Below, one piece after another: positions 30,856 to 40,178 of a stretch of 64,000 bases of DNA. The notes beneath the pieces were generated by a model. It saw only the letters and a program-made list of their open reading frames with translations. It did not search any database and was not told the DNA's origin. Each line of letters opens with the position of its first letter. The stretch's first letter is position 1. Position numbers and translations under genes: made by a program. Origin of the DNA: a virus; IMG/VR virus record IMGVR_UViG_3300020182_000010, positions 1 through 64,000 of that record; one strand, 5' to 3'.

Positions 30856-31404
30856 CTATCTTAGGAATTCACGCCAATCTAGTTTATATTGAATACTATT
30901 TATCTTGTGAATCCCTATTAGGTATAACACATAACTTGCTACACTACTTCCACGACCTACGCCCCATACTATTTTATTTTCTTGCATAAAGTCTACTAGA
31001 TAAACCATATACTGCAGGAGTGGAAACATATCACGTTTTTTAAATTCTTCTAGTTCTTCAAGGCACCTGTCGTGATTTTCTCTAGGACTTAATCTTAATA
31101 CATAATCAATAATATTTAAGTTCTTATAACTATCTGGTATAAACCATTTTGATTGATTATCTTTATCAAATTCAGAGATTTCAGAAGTTACTAATTCATT
31201 TGGTAACACTGTATTAATTGTTAAATAATTACTTTGAATTGCATCATTATACTTTTCGAAATCATCATGCCATTCCACTCTTTTTATACATTCTATATTT
31301 TCGCCATTGTATAACATTTCATATAAATCATGTCGGTTATAGATGACACGGCCGTATTGATCTTTTAATGAATCAATCTTCAACGATTTTTGGCTGCCAA
31401 TCAT
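30856..31404 (-). CDS. Small DNA polymerase III alpha (DnaE)-like fragment
   Basis: RCLEEL...LVDFM..NKIVWGVGRGSSVASYVLYLIGI...YKLDWREFL. Confidence 0.8.
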   Translation of the reverse strand: MIGSQKSLKIDSLKDQYGRVIYNRHDLYEMLYNGENIECIKRVEWHDDFEKYNDAIQSNYLTINTVLPNELVTSEISEFDKDNQSKWFIPDSYKNLNIIDYVLRLSPRENHDRCLEELEEFKKRDMFPLLQYMVYLVDFMQENKIVWGVGRGSSVASYVLYLIGIHKINSIQYKLDWREFLR

Positions 31405-32041
31405 GTATTTTTATAACCTCACCTGGATCATCAACAAGTTTTAATTCACCCAAAACTACCTGTTGTATTTCTTCTAATACATTATCATATTCTGGCGGGG
31501 TTGTCAAGTCTGTTTCTTCATCTACTTCATAATCAATTGTTTCCGGAGACTGTCTAAACCACCAGGGGTCTTTATAATAATATTCCTTTTGTCCTATCCA
31601 TTTTTCCAGATTTGGTAATCCAGGATAATCTTCATCTGCATATGTATAACTCATTGTGGGATTTTCAAACTTGCTTGTAATCTTAACACTTAAAATATCT
31701 ATATAGCCATCTGCTATTGTATTGAGTTTAGCATGTAGTGTCATAGCAATAATATCACTAGTGGGAACATATGGAAACATAACTATCTTATTATTCAGTT
31801 CACTTAATTTAATTGTTGCATCCTTATGTGTGCAAATACTTTGATGTAATACTTCTTCTAAAAAGAATTTCACTTTTAAAAATGCCGCGTTACCCATTGC
31901 TATGTCGGCTGTGCACCAAACAAAATCAATTTCTGCATCAAAAATTTCTGAATATAATGATGCTTCGGCCTGTATTAATGTTGTACTAAACATTGTTTTA
32001 AATGTTGTGAAACTATTTGCGGTAACAACGGTATCGGTCAT
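31373..32041 (-). CDS. Hypothetical protein
   Basis: 222 aa ORF in operon. Confidence 0.7.
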   Translation of the reverse strand: MTDTVVTANSFTTFKTMFSTTLIQAEASLYSEIFDAEIDFVWCTADIAMGNAAFLKVKFFLEEVLHQSICTHKDATIKLSELNNKIVMFPYVPTSDIIAMTLHAKLNTIADGYIDILSVKITSKFENPTMSYTYADEDYPGLPNLEKWIGQKEYYYKDPWWFRQSPETIDYEVDEETDLTTPPEYDNVLEEIQQVVLGELKLVDDPGEVIKIHDWQPKIVED

Positions 32042-32418
32042 TTTTTATAACTCTCTTTAAATTCAGTTCTATTTGTATTTGCGGTGCCTTCATACAACCA
32101 ATAGACATTATCATTTATATCATTTATATCATGTACTTCAGTATAAAAATCATACATAAAAAATACCTTAGGAAATAATTTACTTAGTGGTGTAATAAAA
32201 TCAATTAAATTAATAAGTTGGCAATTTGTTGTAAATTTCAATACATCATTACCGTTATCCCAAGTCATATCTTCAAAATTAAGTGTTGATTTATGCATTT
32301 GTATCCACGTATTATCTATATGTTCATAAAATCTAGTGATTTCTAAATCGTCCCCATCTGCTGTAACACTATGATATACTTTAATAATATTTTCAATCTT
32401 CGTCTGGGTCATCTTCAT
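32038..32418 (-). CDS. Hypothetical protein
   Basis: 126 aa ORF in operon. Confidence 0.6.
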   Translation of the reverse strand: MKMTQTKIENIIKVYHSVTADGDDLEITRFYEHIDNTWIQMHKSTLNFEDMTWDNGNDVLKFTTNCQLINLIDFITPLSKLFPKVFFMYDFYTEVHDINDINDNVYWLYEGTANTNRTEFKESYKK

Positions 32419-32641
32419 CTTCTCCTACAACAAGGGATTCTGGCGTGCGATTGCTAATAATATCAAATCGCTGCCGTTCTAAACGCTCAGTCAATTCAAA
32501 TTGCAACATTTCTAATATATTTTGCAATTGATTAACCGCATCTTCTAGACCCATTGAATGAGCTACGTTTATTTTTTTCAAAATATCACTCATTTTTGTG
32601 TCTAGTTCCTCTTCGGAGAGACTCTTATACTCTTGAAACAT
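32393..32641 (-). CDS. Hypothetical protein
   Basis: 82 aa, AAGGA RBS. Confidence 0.65.
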   Translation of the reverse strand: MFQEYKSLSEEELDTKMSDILKKINVAHSMGLEDAVNQLQNILEMLQFELTERLERQRFDIISNRTPESLVVGEDEDDPDED

Positions 32642-32688
32642 TATATTATTCCTTATGCCTCTTTCTTATAGTTATTTAGTATAAGAAT

Positions 32689-33045
32689 TTATTTTATGAA
32701 TTGTTTTAATTCTGGTGCCTTCCAACCTTCTGGTTTTAATACCTTGCCGTCTTCACGTTTAATTACTTTGCCGGTATCTAGATTAATTTTAGCAAAGTTT
32801 GTGTTCATTACTTCCTTCCACGCCGATTCTGCATCCCAGCCAGCAGCACGAATAGCACCAATGGTAACAACCAAAATATCAACTAATGCATCAAGTTGTT
32901 CTACTTTGTCCTCAGCAACAACTGCATCTAATAATTCATTATACTCTTCATCAATTAATCCCAGATACATACGATAGTTTTCAGGTGATGATGGTTGGTC
33001 ACACGCTTCGGCAAATTTATTAATGTCTTCAAATACGTTTGTCAT
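32689..33045 (-). CDS. MazG/PRA-PH-like NTP pyrophosphohydrolase
   Basis: LIDEEYNEL...LDALVDILVV...EVMNTNFAK...REDGKVLKPEGW. Confidence 0.85.
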   Translation of the reverse strand: MTNVFEDINKFAEACDQPSSPENYRMYLGLIDEEYNELLDAVVAEDKVEQLDALVDILVVTIGAIRAAGWDAESAWKEVMNTNFAKINLDTGKVIKREDGKVLKPEGWKAPELKQFIK

Positions 33046-33279
33046 TTTCTGCTACTTTCTTTTTGTATAATTATTACATTATACATTATTTTAACGGAGT
33101 ATGCAACTACTATTTTTCATTTTATTATAATTCATTTTTTTAGAAATGATCTTGCTATAATTCCACTTTTTGTTATAATAACAATATTGTTATTTTCATC
33201 AAGTATTCGATAATATAATACTCTATGGCCTGTTTTTGTCCTATTTTCTTCTATTCGTTTCATCATATTATCTTCACCC

Positions 33280-36123
33280 TCATTTTGATAATAATACAGT
33301 ATTGCCTCCAATAGCAGTAGTATTAATACTCACGTGCTTCTCCCAAACATATGATTTTAAATAATTGGGGCCGCCAGCCTTGGGACCAGTGCCTGATAAT
33401 CCAATACCACCAAAAGGCTGTGTTTCTACAATTGCACCAATTTGATCTCTATTAATATAAATATTGCCAATATTAACATTGTTAATGATTTCTTCATAAA
33501 AAGATGCTATTCTGGAATGAATACTCATTGTTAACCCAAATTTTGTTGTATTGATATAGTCTATAATACTATCAAGTTCATCAACTTCATATTCATAAAC
33601 ATGTAGCAGAGGTCCAAATATTTCTTTATCAAAGTATTTTTTATAATCTGATACTAAATACGCACTTGGTGGAATTGTCAACGGCGGTAATTCAATACCA
33701 TTTCTTGATTTTGTTGCTATAAGTATTTCATTCTCTTCTAATACTGATATTCTATTTTGTATACTTCTAAAAGAATCACCGTCAATTACACGGGTGACAT
33801 CGGTATTTAAATCGTCACTGAATCCCATCTCTACAACACGAATAGCATTGGCCAACATTTTTAAAATATGATTAGAATTATCTTTTTGAACAAATAAAAA
33901 TCTTGTTGCACTACATCTTTGACCTGCACTATCAAATGCACCGAGTATAACATCCTTTACCAATTGTTCAGGTAAACATGTACTATCAGCAATCATACAA
34001 TTGATGCCGCCAGTCTCTGCAATAAACGGAATAATAGGTCCATCACGGTCAGCTAACACACGCTGAATACGCTTCGCAGTTTTATGTGAACCAGTAAATG
34101 TTATACCGTTAATTCGTTCATCTGCTACTGCAATCTCTGCATCTTCAGGATCACTAGGACATAATCTAATAGCATAGTCTGGTATTCCACATTCAAGCAT
34201 GCAACTGATTACAGTCTCGGCAACTCTAATTGTTTGTGGGGCAGATTTTGCTAGTACGGTATTACCAGTTAATAATGCTGCTATGATTGGTCCTACAAAA
34301 ATTGCAAGTGGAAAGTTCCACGGTGCAATAACCATCCACACTCCGTGTGGTTGATATGTAGTTGTATTACTTTCACCTGTATAACCTAATGTAATACCTT
34401 GATTATATAATGTTTCTGCTTGTTCTGCATAATATCTAATAAAATCTACGGCTTCACGAACTTCACTAATAGCATTAGAATATGTCTTATTTGCATTAAT
34501 AACTAGATTACTTGCGGCTTGTTCCATATGATCTTCTAAATGATTTGAATAATCAAGAACTAATTTCTTTCTTTCAGCAAACGTAGTTTTGCTCCATTCT
34601 TTTCTACCTTCGTCTAATATTGTAATACTATCATTCACTGATAATTGTGCAGGTACAATAAATTCGTAACTTTGTCTTCCTACTAGATTCTTAATCCACG
34701 CAGGATCAGTTAAATCATATCCACGACTATTTTTACGATCTGGATATAAATCTTTATATGTTGGTAGATTTTCTCGGTCTTTTTTCACTTCATTGAATGG
34801 ATCTACTAATTGTTGATTAAAAACAAAACTAGTGTTTGCTCCATTTTCTAATAATCTACGAACAAGATATGCAAGTAAATCTTTATATTCACCTACGGGC
34901 GCATACACTCTAACACTTGTATTGTATGTATTTCGTAGATATTCAAATAGTCCATTCCCCATACCATATAATTTTTGAAACTCAAATTCACCTCCTAGGG
35001 TTTCGTTGTAAAAGTATATGGCTGCCACGGTGAATGGATTATGTGTGGCATAAGCAGGTTTGATATACTTGGATAACATAATCTTTCTTGCACATGCTAG
35101 ATAACTTATGTCAGTATATTCCTTTCGTGTAAATACAGGATAGTGTAAGCCTTCTTGTTGTGCTATCTTTATTTCTGTATCCCAATATGCACCTTTGACT
35201 AAACGTATACATATTGATGTATTGAATTCTTCTGCAATATGTTCTAATGTTTCTATTGCCCAAAATGCACGTTTTTGATATGCTTGAACTGCGAATCCAA
35301 TTGTGTTATCTTTAAATTTATGTGTTGATAACAATTCTTCTAATACCATTATACTTATATCTAAACGCGATGCTTCCTCAGCATCAATAAACATTGTGGT
35401 GTTTTTATCTTCGCAAAGTCTGGCAATTGCCGCTAATTTTGGGACTAACTGATGTATTACATCAGCATGATTTCTTAACTCATATCTTGGATGAATAGCA
35501 CTTAGTTTAATACTAATGCTATCTTCAAAGTGTGCTGCAGCCTGTATATATTTTTCGTAGTATGCATTCGCATCTTCCCAATTTGTTGCTGCTTCGCCCA
35601 GCATATCAACTGAGTATGTGTATGATTTATCTACTGCAGTTTTTGCGGCTTCAATGGTTTCAGCCATTACAAATATATTACCCATTCTTTTAACAGATTC
35701 TTTAATAATCTTACGAACTGTGGGCCAACCCAATCTACTAATTAAATTATTATATGCTGCAAAACTCTGGGCATTAGTTAATACTTTGCCACACAAAGTT
35801 GCATAGAAACTATTTTGTGATAAAAGATTCCAATCAGCATTTGTTAGTTTTTCTTTAATTAATTTATCTTGTGTTTTTTTATCAGGTGTCCGTAGTAAAC
35901 ATTCACATAAAGTCATTAACGCAATGCCTTCATTGCCTGATAATTCATATGCAACCATAAGTTGATGTATCATACTAGATTCATTGAATGCAGAATTAAT
36001 TACATTTGATGTTTCTAATATTTCGGCACGGTCTTTTTTTGTAAGTCTTGCGGCAAGCATTAATTTTGGAATTAATTCTAGTTCATTCATTCTATAATAT
36101 ATATTGTGTTGATAAATTTTCAT
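33280..36123 (-). CDS. putA: Bifunctional proline dehydrogenase / P5C dehydrogenase
   Basis: SIKLSA, IDAEE, VQAYQKR, RLVKGAYWD, ATHN, YLVRRLLENGANTSF; PWNFP, FTGS, AETGG, SAGQRCSA, EIFGP, QPFGGIGLSGTGPKAGG. Confidence 0.97.
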   Translation of the reverse strand: MKIYQHNIYYRMNELELIPKLMLAARLTKKDRAEILETSNVINSAFNESSMIHQLMVAYELSGNEGIALMTLCECLLRTPDKKTQDKLIKEKLTNADWNLLSQNSFYATLCGKVLTNAQSFAAYNNLISRLGWPTVRKIIKESVKRMGNIFVMAETIEAAKTAVDKSYTYSVDMLGEAATNWEDANAYYEKYIQAAAHFEDSISIKLSAIHPRYELRNHADVIHQLVPKLAAIARLCEDKNTTMFIDAEEASRLDISIMVLEELLSTHKFKDNTIGFAVQAYQKRAFWAIETLEHIAEEFNTSICIRLVKGAYWDTEIKIAQQEGLHYPVFTRKEYTDISYLACARKIMLSKYIKPAYATHNPFTVAAIYFYNETLGGEFEFQKLYGMGNGLFEYLRNTYNTSVRVYAPVGEYKDLLAYLVRRLLENGANTSFVFNQQLVDPFNEVKKDRENLPTYKDLYPDRKNSRGYDLTDPAWIKNLVGRQSYEFIVPAQLSVNDSITILDEGRKEWSKTTFAERKKLVLDYSNHLEDHMEQAASNLVINANKTYSNAISEVREAVDFIRYYAEQAETLYNQGITLGYTGESNTTTYQPHGVWMVIAPWNFPLAIFVGPIIAALLTGNTVLAKSAPQTIRVAETVISCMLECGIPDYAIRLCPSDPEDAEIAVADERINGITFTGSHKTAKRIQRVLADRDGPIIPFIAETGGINCMIADSTCLPEQLVKDVILGAFDSAGQRCSATRFLFVQKDNSNHILKMLANAIRVVEMGFSDDLNTDVTRVIDGDSFRSIQNRISVLEENEILIATKSRNGIELPPLTIPPSAYLVSDYKKYFDKEIFGPLLHVYEYEVDELDSIIDYINTTKFGLTMSIHSRIASFYEEIINNVNIGNIYINRDQIGAIVETQPFGGIGLSGTGPKAGGPNYLKSYVWEKHVSINTTAIGGNTVLLSK

Positions 36124-36662
36124 AACCGTTTACTAGCCTTACTTCTTTTAAATAGTACCTTTTCAATATACCGATTATGGCGAAGTATGTCTAAATTTAT
36201 GTCAAACATCGCACGTATTTCGCCCATTGTTTTATTTTTATAAGGGTCAAAATCCACTTGATGTATATTCTTAGTTCGACGGGTCTTACCATAAATAATA
36301 CCCATATCAAACGCTATTAGTTCTCTTTCGCCAAATCGATATATTTTTGGAAATATATTCGATGCATAGTATTTATATAATGCAACATGCCAGTTTTTTA
36401 ATGACGTTGCGTTACCCATTGTGTAACCTATAACAAATGCTTCATCTTGATTTAATAATCCTCTGCCCAATAATGCGTGAATGCAATCGTGTGATTCTAA
36501 GCATATTGCGCCTGGTAAACTAAATGGTGATTTAGGATTTTCTATTATCTTTACATACCAACTTATGTCTATCGATTCACTACCCGGTAAAGTATTCAAT
36601 ACAGAAATGAGAGTGTCATTACCGTTTTCTATTCCAGGATTCCAATCACTGTAGTGTAACAT
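36120..36662 (-). CDS. Coq4-like protein (HDxxH...E motif)
   Basis: LESHDCIHALLGRGLLNQDEAFVIGY; ATGA overlap with putA. Confidence 0.55.
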   Translation of the reverse strand: MLHYSDWNPGIENGNDTLISVLNTLPGSESIDISWYVKIIENPKSPFSLPGAICLESHDCIHALLGRGLLNQDEAFVIGYTMGNATSLKNWHVALYKYYASNIFPKIYRFGERELIAFDMGIIYGKTRRTKNIHQVDFDPYKNKTMGEIRAMFDINLDILRHNRYIEKVLFKRSKASKRL

Positions 36663-36680
36663 AATAATATTTAGTCAGAA

Positions 36681-36783
36681 TAAAAAGAACCCGACTACCT
36701 AAGTAGCCGGGCCAAGTTTGCGAAGAGGACTATAGAGTGGATAATCCACCCTAAAGTACAGAGAAATCAATCTCTGCACTAGT
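36681..36783 (-). ncRNA. Candidate small RNA with own late promoter and terminator
   Basis: TAAATA, two hairpins, linker, CCCGGCTAC-TTAG-GTAGTCGGG plus T tract; no convincing ORF. Confidence 0.5.
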
Positions 36784-36814
36784 ATTTAAAATAAAATGAT
36801 ATAAAGATAACTAT

Positions 36815-37159
36815 CTATAAAACTTTTTCTTGCAATAATGAATATATACACTCAATTACCTGTGTTGAAAACCCACCAACATGCCAGTCATATTCGCCCA
36901 ATGGGGTTGAAGGACATTTCCAATCATAAATTGTTGCTACAACAAATTCACGCATAAAACTTCCAGGAGCATCTTGTAATTCAACTTCAAATTCTAATGT
37001 CCACTCAACACTGACTTTGCCATCACCGGAATGGTCAGCACGATATGTTGGTTCACCAAAAGCAGCAACTATATCAGCATAAGTTGTTCTGACATATCCG
37101 CGTAGTCCAGTGCCATTGACGTTTACACTTGTATCATTTGTAACATTAATAATTTTCAT
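36815..37159 (-). CDS. Hypothetical protein
   Basis: 114 aa, GGAG RBS; ATIYDWK...WHVGG. Confidence 0.7.
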   Translation of the reverse strand: MKIINVTNDTSVNVNGTGLRGYVRTTYADIVAAFGEPTYRADHSGDGKVSVEWTLEFEVELQDAPGSFMREFVVATIYDWKCPSTPLGEYDWHVGGFSTQVIECIYSLLQEKVL

Positions 37160-37302
37160 TGCACATCTCCTACGGTAAGATTTACTCGCTTTACACCGTT
37201 ACGCTTTCCAATATAAAAGAAAAACTTCTTTGCACTTTCATACGTTTTGAATTCTTTTGTCTTTTTAGGATAGTTGTAGTAGCCATATTCAACAGTAAAC
37301 AT
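37156..37302 (-). CDS. Small hypothetical protein (48 aa)
   Basis: Own translation MFTVEYGYYNYPKKTKEF...; GAGG RBS. Confidence 0.65.
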   Translation of the reverse strand: MFTVEYGYYNYPKKTKEFKTYESAKKFFFYIGKRNGVKRVNLTVGDVQ

Positions 37303-37329
37303 ATTTATTTCCTCTCAACTTATACACTC

Positions 37330-37358
37330 TTTATATAGTGATTCGTTTAAGATGTCAA
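37330..37358 (-). promoter_or_regulatory. Sigma70-type early promoter with GANTC spacer
   Basis: TTGACA-tcttaaaCGAATCActa-TATAAA. Confidence 0.8.
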
Positions 37359-37497
37359 GCACTAATTAAAATTTTATGACTTATAAATCATAGATAAATG
37401 AATAAGCAAAGAATTGGCATTGTAATCATTACACCTGTCAATGTAACATGTACAATCGACCAGAAAACCCTTTCCATTTCTAATCCTCTTCGAATTT

Positions 37498-38217
37498 TTA
37501 ATTGTTGTTGAAGTAATTTGCAGTATACTTCATTAACTGTTTTATTTGTTTTGAATCTTTAGGAAAGATATTTCTAAATCTCTGATATACAGGAAGTTCA
37601 TTTATAAACTTTTCTGGATTACGAATTGTTTCTTCTGGCGCATCTGTATCTCTAATTTCATCTGCTAAATCGTGCCCATATGCCATGAGTTCATGAGGAT
37701 CACGCAAATACATACGCATTAAATCTTGTTCTGTGCCGCCAGATTTTTTCTTCTCGACACCTTTCATATATCCACTACGATATGTCTTTAATACGTTTGG
37801 ATCAAATTTATCATATTGGTTCCAATGAATTGTTTCGTGAGCCAACATTTTCATAGCAATTTTTTTAAATGTTTCTGGTCCCCAACGGCCCTCTAAGTTT
37901 TTGGCGTGTAGAAATATTCTTACACTTTTGCCTTCTTTTGGATCCCAATCTGCTGCAGCACTAATCCATTCATCTGGATCTTTTCGTGGTGAATGGTCAG
38001 CAATAAAGTCGATAGGCAAATCATCGAAATTGTTAGCATTTAAAATCTCCTCAAGTTCATCAATATCATCACGGTCATCATTGTCAGCCAGATATTCTTG
38101 ATATTCTTTATTGGCTTCATCAATGATTTCTTCAACCTGAGAAAGAAAGTCTTCATCAGGTTGTAATCTGTTTTCTTGAATTATGATTTCATTTATTTTC
38201 ATGACAATATTTATCAT
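37498..38217 (-). CDS. Hypothetical HExxH (zincin-like) protein
   Basis: LAHETIHWNQ...YLRDPHELMAY; likely start MKINEII (38202) after late promoter. Confidence 0.65.
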   Translation of the reverse strand: MINIVMKINEIIIQENRLQPDEDFLSQVEEIIDEANKEYQEYLADNDDRDDIDELEEILNANNFDDLPIDFIADHSPRKDPDEWISAAADWDPKEGKSVRIFLHAKNLEGRWGPETFKKIAMKMLAHETIHWNQYDKFDPNVLKTYRSGYMKGVEKKKSGGTEQDLMRMYLRDPHELMAYGHDLADEIRDTDAPEETIRNPEKFINELPVYQRFRNIFPKDSKQIKQLMKYTANYFNNN

Positions 38218-38236
38218 TAATCCTAATAAATTATTA

Positions 38237-38575
38237 TTATTTCAAGTATAGTGGGCCAGTCCACTGAACTGTATAACCGCCATCAACGATATTTCCTCGA
38301 GCAGCATTACGTGCAGGAGCATTAAAACCTGCTGCTTTCAGAATATCACCACGCTTGAATTTCTTATCGTTGTCAGTGTTGACAATAAAACCCCAAACAC
38401 CATTATTGATAATCTTAATATATTTACTACCAGTCTTAACAGTAAGACGATTGTTAAACTCATTAATCATATTCTGAACATGTGTTTCAGCATCGGCAAA
38501 AGACTTACCACGAAGTAACCATTTAGCATAGTCTGCTTTGATTGTAGCGACAAGAGTATCAATTTGATTTTGCAT
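38237..38575 (-). CDS. Phage hypothetical protein
   Basis: 112 aa; KYIKI...VWGFIV...GDILKAAGFNAPARNAARGNI. Confidence 0.75.
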   Translation of the reverse strand: MQNQIDTLVATIKADYAKWLLRGKSFADAETHVQNMINEFNNRLTVKTGSKYIKIINNGVWGFIVNTDNDKKFKRGDILKAAGFNAPARNAARGNIVDGGYTVQWTGPLYLK

Positions 38576-38606
38576 TGTGTGATCCTTTGTTTCAATCTAT
38601 ACTTAC

Positions 38607-38635
38607 TTTATATAGTGATTCGTTTAGAATGTCAA
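38607..38635 (-). promoter_or_regulatory. Sigma70-type early promoter with GANTC spacer
   Basis: TTGACA-ttctaaaCGAATCActa-TATAAA. Confidence 0.8.
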
Positions 38636-38642
38636 CCTTTTT

Positions 38643-38900
38643 TTATGATACCTCATAACCTAGTACAGTTTCTACATATCCATTGCCATACTCACCAGCA
38701 ATAGCCAATACGATCTGCTCACGTGGTTCAGTATCCATATTGTCAATCTTTGCTGCAGCACCATCGATATCATTCGAATTGATCATCCACTGTACGGCTT
38801 GGAAATCAGATAGATCATCCTCATATAGATTTGCAAGTGATGTACCTTGTGCCTCTACGAAGTAGCTAAAAGTTTCATCGATAAGTTTCTGAATAGACAT
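38643..38900 (-). CDS. Hypothetical protein
   Basis: 85 aa between the two promoter repeats. Confidence 0.7.
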   Translation of the reverse strand: MSIQKLIDETFSYFVEAQGTSLANLYEDDLSDFQAVQWMINSNDIDGAAAKIDNMDTEPREQIVLAIAGEYGNGYVETVLGYEVS

Positions 38901-38936
38901 AGAGGTTCTCTTTCTGTTTAATCAATCTATACTTAC

Positions 38937-38965
38937 TTTATATAGTGATTCGTTTAGAATGTCAA
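38937..38965 (-). promoter_or_regulatory. Sigma70-type early promoter with GANTC spacer
   Basis: Identical to 38607-38635. Confidence 0.8.
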
Positions 38966-38967
38966 GT

Positions 38968-38999
38968 AAAAAGAGCGCCGAAGCGCCCTTTTATTTTTT
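38968..38999 (-). terminator. Intrinsic terminator
   Basis: Minus strand AAGGGCGC-TTCG-GCGCTCTTTTT. Confidence 0.85.
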
Positions 39000-39017
39000 A
39001 ATCAATTGCATTTTTAC

Positions 39018-39581
39018 TCATTGCACTTCGAACAGTGTATCAATAGTAGAATGTTTTGCTTTGCCAGATTTACGTATGATATCTTTTCTTATTCTATCTT
39101 GAGTAATACGTAATCTAGGATACTTTCCAGTTTCTACAATAACACCATCAATAGTTTTGCCTGGTCTATCTAATGCAGCTCGAATTTTTCTTTCGAATAC
39201 ATCAGCAAACTCGCTTCTAAGGATGACTATCATATCTACAATTTCAATTACACCATCATATGCATCGTATGTTACAAAAATGAAATCACTATTAGTTTTT
39301 TGCTTCTTCGCTTCACTCCAGTTATCATAACTTTTAAGATCAGACGGTGTTAATCCAGTTATTGTGATATTTGCATCAGTATGTGTACTTTGTGATTTGA
39401 TTTCAATACAATGTTCTCCATTGATAATATCAGGACCTTCACCAGTATTATAACTATCTAATCCTAATACATTAAATACTACCCATTTTTCAATTTCATT
39501 GCCATACTTTCCATCACCGACGCCTTCAGCTTCCAGTACTGTGCCGATGTAGTTCTCTAGTTTAATATCAGTCAGTCTCAT
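39018..39581 (-). CDS. PD-(D/E)XK restriction-endonuclease-like protein
   Basis: GNEIEKW...GPDIINGEHCIEIKSQ (E...PD...ExK). Confidence 0.6.
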   Translation of the reverse strand: MRLTDIKLENYIGTVLEAEGVGDGKYGNEIEKWVVFNVLGLDSYNTGEGPDIINGEHCIEIKSQSTHTDANITITGLTPSDLKSYDNWSEAKKQKTNSDFIFVTYDAYDGVIEIVDMIVILRSEFADVFERKIRAALDRPGKTIDGVIVETGKYPRLRITQDRIRKDIIRKSGKAKHSTIDTLFEVQ

Positions 39582-39667
39582 TTTATTCCATCCATTACTC
39601 GTTATAATTATATAATTACACTATAGCATATTGTACTTTATTTGTCAATGCATTATATAAATCAGTT

Positions 39668-40177
39668 TTATGCGTAATTGTCAAGCCACTCTTTTGCTAA
39701 TTGAACTAACAGTGTGTTGTCTTCTATATCATTTGCAAAATCCATAATCGTAGCAATTCTTTCTACATCAGAGTTTGTATTATTTTTGTTTTCATTTAAT
39801 CTACGTGACCTAATTCGGAAGTTGTAAGGTGAATTATCACCTCCCTGTTCACGTGGTAAAATATGGTCTAAATTAGGCTCATGCATCTTATCGATTGGTT
39901 TTTGTTTGTTCTCTCCTGAACCCCAATCGTATTGATAAAAGATATTACCTACATAATATCCACGTGATTCTTCTAAATGAGTTTCAATGAACACCCAAGC
40001 CTGTTCTCTTGTCCACTTATAATCTTTTGCATACTTTCCTAGAATTTTTAACTTAAAGTATACATCTGGATCATATACATTTTCTACAAAGAATGCATAC
40101 AATTCTTTAGTATAATACGTAGATTCATCAAATCCAGTATATGGAATACGAGAAGAAATCTGGGAGTTCATTGACAT
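39668..40177 (-). CDS. HNH-type nuclease
   Basis: LDHILPREQGGDNSPYNFRIRSRRLNENK. Confidence 0.75.
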   Translation of the reverse strand: MSMNSQISSRIPYTGFDESTYYTKELYAFFVENVYDPDVYFKLKILGKYAKDYKWTREQAWVFIETHLEESRGYYVGNIFYQYDWGSGENKQKPIDKMHEPNLDHILPREQGGDNSPYNFRIRSRRLNENKNNTNSDVERIATIMDFANDIEDNTLLVQLAKEWLDNYA

Positions 40178-40178
40178 C

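Larger units (their letters stand above)
38592..38965. repeat. 44 bp identical direct repeat containing the early promoter, flanking one gene
   Basis: TCAATCTATACTTACTTTATATAGTGATTCGTTTAGAATGTCAA at 38592-38635 and 38922-38965. Confidence 0.95.

Noticed and set aside
39668-40177. Intron- or intein-associated homing endonuclease
   Set aside because: It does not interrupt any gene and is tightly coupled to the upstream ParB-like ORF; a free-standing homing role is not fully excluded.
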